A stretch of DNA of 64,000 bases from Candidatus Bathyarchaeota archaeon (GTDB taxonomy: Archaea > Thermoproteota > Bathyarchaeia > TCS64): assembly GCA_016783455.1 (NCBI GenBank), contig JADHWN010000010.1:2913-66912 (forward strand), written 5' to 3'. The position numbers were made by a program, and so were the translations under genes. Shown one piece after another: positions 57,877-64,000 of the stretch (its first letter is position 1; every line of letters starts with the position of its first letter). Under the pieces are notes generated by a model. The model was not told where the DNA came from. It saw only the letters and a list, made by a program, of their open reading frames with translations, and did no database searches.

Positions 57877-59169
57877 TTACTCTTCAATTGATTTACTTGG
57901 TTCGTCGACCCCGAACCAGAAGATCGTTGCGGCGATAAGGCCTATGATCATTGATACTTGGAAGGGTAGTTGGGGGTGGTAGGTCTGCCACAGCCACCCT
58001 CCCAAGACTGAAGATGGGGCGCCGACTACGGCTGTGAGTGTGCCCATTATCCCGTTTATGGTCGCTCTCTTCTCAGGGGGCACGATATCGGCTATGAGAG
58101 CGTTCCAGGAGGGCCCACCTGTCGTCAGGCCTCCGCCCCCGAAAGCCAGACCCACGCTGTTGAAGGCCCGAATCACAGTGTAGGTCTCGAATCCCGTGGC
58201 GACGGTAAACAGGTACTGGGTGACAGGAGACACGACCCTTGATACCATGATGTTTTTCTTACGGCCGTACCTATCAGAGAGCATCCCTCCAGGTAGGGCC
58301 AGGGCGACCGAAATGATACCCACAATCGTGTTTATCAATCCGAGCTGGACGGGCGTTACCCTAATCACCTCCAGGGCATACAGGCTGGTAAAGTCCATAA
58401 CCAGCCTCCCTGAGAAACTGGCTATAATTGAGACGACCATCATCACAACTATCTGCTTGGGTAGCTCTCTGAAGGTCTGGCGTGTGATCTTCGTTGACGG
58501 CCTCTTGCCTGATTGATGTACCATGGTCTCCTTGATCGTGAAGTAGCGGATCGCCGTAGTTAGGAGGGACACCCCTATCTGGAGCAACAGGAACATTCGC
58601 ACTCCCTTATAATAGCCGTACTTTTCCATGATTATTCCTCCGATAAAGGGTGAGATTATCTGTGGTATCGATGTAAGCGTGTTGTACGCGCCGTAGCCGG
58701 CACCACGTCTTTTACTTGGAAGGGAGTCCGCGATGATCGCGTTGAATGCTGGCATGTACAGGCTCGTCATTCCGCTCACGATGGCGGCGGGTATCGCCCA
58801 CTCCCAGCTTGGAGCCAGGAAGTAGAGTATAGGCGAAAAAGTCCGGATAAATGTGCCCACCAGAATGATCTTCCTCCTACCGTACCTGTCCGCCAACATT
58901 CCACCTGGAAGTTGGAACAGGAGGTTCTCCGCCGTCGAGATCATCGAAAATATGCCAATATTTGTATACGTCGCGCCTAGGAAGTCTTTCAGGTAGAGTG
59001 TCCAGAAAGGTCGATAACCCTGAGCCACTAGACTGTAGAGAGATGTTGTCAGGGATATTGCCAGAATGTTCTTGTTCGAGAAGACGTCTCGGAACATCGA
59101 GGAGTATTCCCTGATTTCATTTCTCAGCCCCAATTTTTTACCCTCAGAAGAAATCGTATATGGGAGCAT
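57877..59169 (-). CDS. MFS transporter (low-G+C paralogue of 52505..53782)
   Basis: 430 aa. FQLPGGMLADRYGRRK and colinear similarity to the GC-rich MFS at 52505. Confidence 0.85.
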   Translation of the reverse strand: MLPYTISSEGKKLGLRNEIREYSSMFRDVFSNKNILAISLTTSLYSLVAQGYRPFWTLYLKDFLGATYTNIGIFSMISTAENLLFQLPGGMLADRYGRRKIILVGTFIRTFSPILYFLAPSWEWAIPAAIVSGMTSLYMPAFNAIIADSLPSKRRGAGYGAYNTLTSIPQIISPFIGGIIMEKYGYYKGVRMFLLLQIGVSLLTTAIRYFTIKETMVHQSGKRPSTKITRQTFRELPKQIVVMMVVSIIASFSGRLVMDFTSLYALEVIRVTPVQLGLINTIVGIISVALALPGGMLSDRYGRKKNIMVSRVVSPVTQYLFTVATGFETYTVIRAFNSVGLAFGGGGLTTGGPSWNALIADIVPPEKRATINGIMGTLTAVVGAPSSVLGGWLWQTYHPQLPFQVSMIIGLIAATIFWFGVDEPSKSIEE

Positions 59170-59333
59170 TCCGTAGTAATAAAATTATTTATCAACGATG
59201 GGGCGATGTCTTGTTATTCTCGCGCAAGCGATCAAAACCTCGCCCTTCGAAGATGGTCACATTTTAGTCGCTAGTGAAATAAAAAAAATAAAACAAAATG
59301 AGCCTCTTGGACGATGAGCGCCGTTGAACTCCA

Positions 59334-59798
59334 TCACTTCTTAACGACCAAGACTGATTGTTTGCATGCGTCTACGACTTTTCTTGATGTGCTTCCAAGG
59401 ATCCATTCGGTGACACCACCTCTACCGCTTCCACCTATCACGATCAGATCAGCATCAACCTCTTGAGCGGTAGACATAATTTCAGAAGAAGGCCGTCCTT
59501 CGGTCAAGACGGTTGAATATTTTACAGATGGAAAATTCTCCTTCACGATCTCCTCTGCTCTCCTTAGGACGTTGATGTGAGACTCCCTTATTGAAGCCCA
59601 GTACCTCTCGTAGACATCTATATCTACGGACCAGTCCTCAGGTTCTCCCTCTGAATGAATAAGGGGCAACATCCTTTTCTGGAAAGCACCCAGTATGATG
59701 AGTTCAGCATCGAACTTCTCGGACAGTACAAGCGAATAATCCAGTGCATTAAATGATGCTTCAGAACCGTCGACGGCTACCAGGATTTTATTAATCAT
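59334..59798 (-). CDS. universal stress protein (UspA family)
   Basis: ILVAVDGSEAS and IVIGGSGRGGV ATP-binding motifs, 154 aa. Confidence 0.85.
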   Translation of the reverse strand: MINKILVAVDGSEASFNALDYSLVLSEKFDAELIILGAFQKRMLPLIHSEGEPEDWSVDIDVYERYWASIRESHINVLRRAEEIVKENFPSVKYSTVLTEGRPSSEIMSTAQEVDADLIVIGGSGRGGVTEWILGSTSRKVVDACKQSVLVVKK

Positions 59799-59805
59799 AT
59801 TTTCA

Positions 59806-60156
59806 TCAGGCTCGAATCTGTGGTGTGTGTGGGCGCTTCATATATTCCTTTAATCTTGACTCTATCTTGGGAGCTGGAGTTTCCATTACTATGAAGGAGT
59901 GTTTAATTTCGTTAATGTCGTAGACAAGCAGCTTATGCGACCCATCAGCTGCAACCCTTTTTATCTTGGCATAAGGTAGCTCAAGAGGGATTAGCACTTT
60001 CTTCCTAAAAAGCCCCTCCTCCTTAACGAAGAGTATCCTTCTTCTTGTTAACACCAACTGCCCCGTCTCCCCATGTAGCTGACCTTCGCAAGTCTCCTGT
60101 ACCTTGTCGTCGACGCCTATGTGCTTCTTTACTTCGATCATCCATCGCGATGACAT
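59806..60156 (-). CDS. hypothetical protein, bacterial-PH/GRAM-like (weak)
   Basis: GAGGTGA about 6 nt upstream of the ATG. The LVLTRRRILFVKEEG pattern resembles PH-like domains. 116 aa. Confidence 0.45.
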   Translation of the reverse strand: MSSRWMIEVKKHIGVDDKVQETCEGQLHGETGQLVLTRRRILFVKEEGLFRKKVLIPLELPYAKIKRVAADGSHKLLVYDINEIKHSFIVMETPAPKIESRLKEYMKRPHTPQIRA

Positions 60157-60408
60157 TTTTTCACCTCTTCAATGTGCGCGTGAGAACGATAAGAAATACA
60201 CTCCGTTTTCTATTAAACTAAATTATTAAGAGAAAATATCACGTATTTATCTGAAAAGGTGTAAAATATTTAATTAAAATACGAAATACTTTAGTATTTA
60301 TACAAATTACAGATTAAACTCAATATTATCTTATATTTAGAGATAAATTGACATTATTCTTCTTAATAATAGTTTTATGCCCTTTTTATAAAGGAATTCA
60401 TTGACGAG

Positions 60409-60747
60409 GTGCATGCCTTGGCTAAGGGTGAGAAAATCGAGAAAATTGCAGGTAACAACCAGGACAAGAAACAACCCAAGAGGTTACAGTCTCTGCCGAC
60501 ATGCGAGCTCTGTGGTGAATCTGAGGATTCAACATACAGGTGCAGGAGATGTGGGACTAGTTTCTGTGAGTGCTGCGGTGATGTAGATGAAGAGATTTGT
60601 ATAAACTGCCTTGAAGAGTACACGGTCGAAGAGGAACATGAACACATCGATTACGTGAACCATGTGAAACCTCAGGAGTATAGGGCTGTCCAAAAGCCTG
60701 AGCGCACAATGTTTACGCACGCGGATGAAATGGGAGACCGGAGGTGA
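60409..60747 (+). CDS. Cys-rich zinc-finger protein, hypothetical
   Basis: CELCG-x9-CRRCGTSFCECCG-x7-CINC cluster of ten Cys. GTG start is uncertain. Confidence 0.5.
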   Translation: MHALAKGEKIEKIAGNNQDKKQPKRLQSLPTCELCGESEDSTYRCRRCGTSFCECCGDVDEEICINCLEEYTVEEEHEHIDYVNHVKPQEYRAVQKPERTMFTHADEMGDRR

Positions 60748-60751
60748 AAGT

Positions 60752-60949
60752 ATGAGCGAGAAGACGATAATCGAACTCTACAACGAATACGCTAATAAAT
60801 CCATTGAGGAGGCCAAAGCCAAGAAGGCTAGGAACACGAGCCTCGAGTACAAGCTTCACTATGAGATGGTGGAAATAAGAAGTAAGATATCACGAGAGAT
60901 CGAGAAGATAAGCGGTATCGCGAGGAAGCCGTTTGTGGACGATGAGTAA
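60752..60949 (+). CDS. small helical hypothetical protein
   Basis: GGAGGTGA ends 4 nt upstream of ATG 60752 and overlaps the stop of the preceding gene. 65 aa, Lys/Glu-rich. Confidence 0.4.
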   Translation: MSEKTIIELYNEYANKSIEEAKAKKARNTSLEYKLHYEMVEIRSKISREIEKISGIARKPFVDDE

Positions 60950-61138
60950 CGCCTCGCGCCCGCGAAGACTCGCATGATTGATGCGGCCTGAAGGTGCGCC
61001 GTACATACGCTGGGCTCTTTGCTGTCTATTAATTCAGAATGAAAAAATACCGGTGTAAATACTGTAATTAGACAAAATTCATAAGCCGGAGCCATGCTCA
61101 TTGTGGAAGAAACTGCGTTCGCAGGGATGAAGTGATAC

Positions 61139-62043
61139 GTGAAGACACTGGTGCTCGGCTTAGACGGCCTGGACGACGATCTCTGGGGATTGCCCGGGGG
61201 AGACGTGGCAGGTTATCACGGGCGGCTGGAGACCTTCTACACCACCTTCCCGTCGTTCATGTGCACACTGACGGGGATGAGGTACAAGCAGACGGGGTTC
61301 GCCCCCCACAGGGTCTTCAGGAACCACACGTTCATCTGGGACCGCCTCGGGGACATGAGGCAGACATACATCAACATACCCCCCACCTACCCGGCGGAGC
61401 TCGTAAACGGCTCCTTCATATGCGGGTTCATGGGGAGCAGGCTCAACTCCAACTCGGTCTGCCCGCCCCCCTCGTGGAGGACCTGAGGAGGGACGTCGAC
61501 TACAGGTTCACCGAGGAGCTCGACAAGCCCCTGGCCCTCGAGGGGAGATGGGACGACTTCTTCGAGTCGTGCATGAGCCTCATGGAGATGAGGACGAGGG
61601 CCATCAAGTACCTGGCCGAGAGGGATAGGTCCGAGCTCCTCTACGCCGTCTACACCGCGTCGGACGAGTGCCTCCACCAGAGGGTCGAGGGAAGGCTCGG
61701 GGAGAAGAGGATCAGGGAGATGAAGAGGGCCCTCCTGGAGAACGTGAACGACGTGGTCGAGGCGCTGCAGCCCGACACCACCATCTTCTTCAGTGACCAC
61801 GGCTTCAACCTGCAGGGCTACCACGGGACAAAGGACCCCGAGACGAGGTGGGGCACCTGGGCCCTCAGGACCGACCTCGACCACGTCCCCCCCAGGAGGG
61901 AGGCTCACATACTCGACATACTGCCCACCATCCTGACGAGCCTCGATGTCCCGTACGACGACTTGGAGGGCTGCTCCCTCGTGTTCTCGGAGTCGGATAA
62001 GAGGGCGATGATAGCCAAGCTGGAGAGGCTCAGCTACATCTAG
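61139..62043 (+). pseudogene. alkaline-phosphatase-superfamily (type I phosphodiesterase-like) gene split by a frameshift in a C6 run
   Basis: The N-terminal 115 aa (LVLGLDGLD.., FPSFMCTLTG) end at TGA 61484-61486. The C-terminal part (LVEDLRRDVDYRF...IFFSDHGF...) continues in the -1 frame. The junction is at CCCCCC 61466-61471. Confidence 0.7.
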
Positions 62044-62135
62044 AGAGGATACGCAAAAGCGTGATCTCAATCTGCGTGTACGGCATCCCTGTATTCTGTC
62101 CTGATGCAGTACTCTTATGTAAAACATAATATCGG

Positions 62136-62687
62136 ATGGCTCCAGAACCTATATCGATGTCCGGAGCCTCCATTGAGTTCCGTTGCCTGCGGTGCGGCGA
62201 GTGCTGCAGGAGGCTCCTTATCGGCAGCCGGCTCATACGGAAGGGGTTGCCCCTGTTCCCGGATGAGCGTGGGCTCTTCCCCGGGGGGCTGATAAAACCG
62301 GGGGTGGGCATAGGGCATCCCGATAAGCCCGACTTCAGGGTCATCTCGTACCAGATGACGGAGATGGTATGCCCCCACCTGGACGAAGGCAGCTGCGGCA
62401 TCTGGGAGGCGAGGCCAGTCGTCTGCAGGACATACCCCTACATGCCCGTCATCACCCAGGGCGGATATGTGACGAAGGAGGCCAGCCTCGAGTGCACGTC
62501 CCTGATGATGGAGGCGGCGAGGCGCCACGGCGTTTTCAAAATAGATGAAGGGAGCCTCGAGGGGGAACTCAGGGCGCTGGAGAAGCTCTCGAGGATAACC
62601 GTCGAGGCCGTGGAGAACCTCGACGAGGCGTGGTTCTACGACCTCAGGGGGGAGCGGTGGATCAGGTTCGAGAGGCTCAGGCCCTGA
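62136..62687 (+). CDS. YkgJ/UPF0153-family Cys-cluster (Fe-S/zinc-chelating) protein
   Basis: FRCLRCGECCRR (CxxCxxCC) plus later CPHL and CGIW..VCRTYP motifs. Confidence 0.8.
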   Translation: MAPEPISMSGASIEFRCLRCGECCRRLLIGSRLIRKGLPLFPDERGLFPGGLIKPGVGIGHPDKPDFRVISYQMTEMVCPHLDEGSCGIWEARPVVCRTYPYMPVITQGGYVTKEASLECTSLMMEAARRHGVFKIDEGSLEGELRALEKLSRITVEAVENLDEAWFYDLRGERWIRFERLRP

Positions 62688-62712
62688 GACCGGCGGCGGT
62701 GGCCCTTCCCGG

Positions 62713-62973
62713 TCAGCTCTCGGCTTCCTCGAATATGTTGAGTAGCTTGAGCCCCCTCTCGCTGAGCGCGTACTCCTTTGAGGGGTAGCGTCCCCTGGTC
62801 CTCCTCTCGGAGACGACGGTGATTAGGTCGTTTCCGAGGCAGAACTTGAGGTACCTGCTGACCATGCCGTAGCCCCTGCGTCTCTCCTCGCTGAGGGTTG
62901 AGAAGTTGACCGGGGCGTGCCTGTGCACCTGCTCCAGGAAGGAGGTCAGGGTCCTGAGGCCGGGGTTCTCCAT
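62713..62973 (-). CDS. winged-helix transcription regulator-like protein
   Basis: 86 aa from ATG 62973 (the listed GTG 62985 is also possible). Helix-turn-helix-like GYGMVSRYLKFCLGNDLI followed by a wing-like RRTRGRYPSKEYALS. Confidence 0.55.
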   Translation of the reverse strand: MENPGLRTLTSFLEQVHRHAPVNFSTLSEERRRGYGMVSRYLKFCLGNDLITVVSERRTRGRYPSKEYALSERGLKLLNIFEEAES

Positions 62974-62988
62974 ACTTCCCACCACGTT

Positions 62989-63006
62989 TTAGTTAATATT
63001 AACTAA
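62989..63006. promoter_or_regulatory. perfect 18-bp palindrome TTAGTTAATATTAACTAA, candidate operator
   Basis: Self-complementary over all 18 positions. It lies in the 86-nt AT-rich spacer between the divergent wHTH gene and the RHH gene. Confidence 0.5.
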
Positions 63007-63059
63007 ATATTACATTTAATATAAACTTTATTAACCAGTAAAGGTTGAATTAAATTAGC

Positions 63060-63224
63060 ATGAGCGAAAGGAAATACAAATATCACACGGTCAACCTCCC
63101 CGAGTCTCTGGCGAAGAAGATCGAGGAGGTAATCGGGAGCGGGAACCACGGGTACACCAGCATCCCCGACTTCGTCAAGACCGCCGTCAGGAGATACCTG
63201 CGTGAGCTGGGATATTTAACCTGA
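63060..63224 (+). CDS. ribbon-helix-helix (CopG-like) small protein, absent from the ORF track (54 aa)
   Basis: ATG 63060 to TGA 63222-63224: MSERKYKYHTVNLPESLAKKIEEVIGSGNHGYTSIPDFVKTAVRRYLRELGYLT. It shows the beta strand (HTVNLPESL), helix, loop, helix RHH pattern. Confidence 0.6.
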   Translation: MSERKYKYHTVNLPESLAKKIEEVIGSGNHGYTSIPDFVKTAVRRYLRELGYLT

Positions 63225-63266
63225 GCATGGCTCTGCTTCAGTCTCGAATGCTTCACGGCGATCCCT

Positions 63267-63527
63267 TCACATCAGGGCCCTCAGGCGCTCCCTGAAGTCC
63301 ACGCCGACCCCACGTCGGACGTCGTCGACGGCCTCCCCCAGCTCCCTCCTCAGGGAGTCCCACTTGTCACCCTGCCCCTCGAGGTCGGCCATCCTGGCCT
63401 CTATCCAGCTCAGACACTCGAAGGCCCCCTTCGTGTACTCCTTCAACGTCCATCCGCGGCCCACGTGGCTGGAGCTGATATAAACTTTCCGTAGAGACTG
63501 AAGGTAGGGAGCCGGATAAAAGTTCAA
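63267..63527 (-). CDS. hypothetical protein
   Basis: 86-aa ORF with a TTG start. GC-rich codon usage is consistent with coding. No family recognised. Confidence 0.35.
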   Translation of the reverse strand: MNFYPAPYLQSLRKVYISSSHVGRGWTLKEYTKGAFECLSWIEARMADLEGQGDKWDSLRRELGEAVDDVRRGVGVDFRERLRALM

Positions 63528-63542
63528 CGGGGGGAGGCCCCT

Positions 63543-64000
63543 TCAACGCCTTCGTATGCGGGTCAGCCAGAACGCGAGCGCAGCTATCAGGATCGCCGCC
63601 CCGGTGGCGTAGGCGTACAGCGTGTTCGTCTGGGTGGGCTCGGGCTCCTCGACGGGGTCCAGGTTGATCCTGTAGGTGTAGACTTTCCCCGCGTAGACCT
63701 CTCCGTCCTCCCTTGAGAGGAGGTCCCCGGTGACGAGGGTGTCGCCGACGGCGTCCAGGGGGAAGCCGAAGTAGCTCGTCTCCTCTCCTTGGGGTGGGGG
63801 TATCGTGAGGAGGTGTCCGCCGGTGAGGTTGAAGAGGTGGACGCAGCCAAAGCCTATTGACTCGGCGGCGGCTCCTCTGGGCTCGCTCACCGCGATGAAG
63901 GTGTCACAGATGGTTACGTCGTTGCCGAAGGCGCCGATGGCGCAGGGCGCGGGCGACTGGATGTTCCGTATGAGCTGCCCGTCGAGGCTGTAGATGTAGG
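63543..64000 (-). CDS. FG-GAP/beta-propeller-repeat-like surface protein, C-terminal part with TM anchor (gene starts right of window)
   Basis: The frame stays open from 63890 to the window edge (…YIYSLDGQLIRNIQSPAPCAIGAFGNDVTICDTFIAVSEPRG…). Repeats of the FG..V.. gd.l.vG type. Ends with LYAYATGAAILIAALAFWL then TRIRRR. Confidence 0.5.
   Translation of the reverse strand, partial: YIYSLDGQLIRNIQSPAPCAIGAFGNDVTICDTFIAVSEPRGAAAESIGFGCVHLFNLTGGHLLTIPPPQGEETSYFGFPLDAVGDTLVTGDLLSREDGEVYAGKVYTYRINLDPVEEPEPTQTNTLYAYATGAAILIAALAFWLTRIRRR

Larger units (their letters stand above)
57877..61130. other. low-G+C segment, possible horizontally acquired island
   Basis: Rough hand counts of individual 60-nt lines give about 48-53% G+C in the genes here and much lower in the 60157-60408 spacer. 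Lines sampled elsewhere give about 57-70%. No integrase or flanking repeats seen. Confidence 0.45.

Noticed and set aside
61132-61470. N-terminal third of the 303-aa ORF 61132..62043 as real coding sequence.
   Set aside because: That part is Arg/Gly/His-rich nonsense. The alternative frame (61139..61486) carries the phosphodiesterase N-terminal motifs, so the locus is one gene with a frameshift.
1-64000. Search for tRNA, rRNA, CRISPR repeats, transposases, integrases and known defence genes.
   Set aside because: Reading all spacers longer than 100 nt and the ORF translations revealed none. No T-loop/acceptor-stem candidates, no regularly spaced direct repeats and no nuclease/helicase/ATPase defence-type architectures were found.

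Overview
GC-rich archaeal chromosomal segment. Archaeal markers are aIF-2 beta, a PDCD5-like DNA-binding protein, FtsZ, tungsten-type aldehyde:ferredoxin oxidoreductase, the BpsA/SpeH branched-polyamine pair, and frequent GTG/TTG starts. It is densely packed with about 70 protein genes. I found no rRNA, tRNA, CRISPR array, transposase or integrase. Content is mostly housekeeping and metabolism: metG, ftsZ, ahcY, MTAP, adenosine deaminase, FolC, a PRTase and Fe-S/metallocluster maturation genes. There is also a complete xanthine-dehydrogenase-family molybdoenzyme locus with maturation genes, several MFS transporters and many small hypothetical membrane or secreted proteins. No recognisable defence or mobile system is present. 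The best candidates for something new are: (1) a SelA-like PLP enzyme, a P-loop NTPase and XdhC sitting against a Mo-hydroxylase operon, possibly a cofactor sulfuration/selenation module; (2) a five-gene Mrp/NifX-like/MinD-ferredoxin module with no client enzyme in view; (3) a divergent DPD/DHOD-like Fe-S flavoenzyme, amidohydrolase-like and creatininase-family operon; (4) a SpeH proenzyme with Thr instead of the pyruvoyl-precursor Ser; (5) a roughly 3.2 kb low-G+C island next to a decayed GNAT gene; (6) a divergent wHTH/RHH pair around a perfect 18-bp palindrome, where the RHH gene is below the ORF-track cutoff. Caveat: five frame or start anomalies map to short homopolymer runs and four are repaired by adding one base. 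Assembly indels are therefore a serious alternative to real pseudogenes. All family calls come from motif recognition by eye, not database searches.
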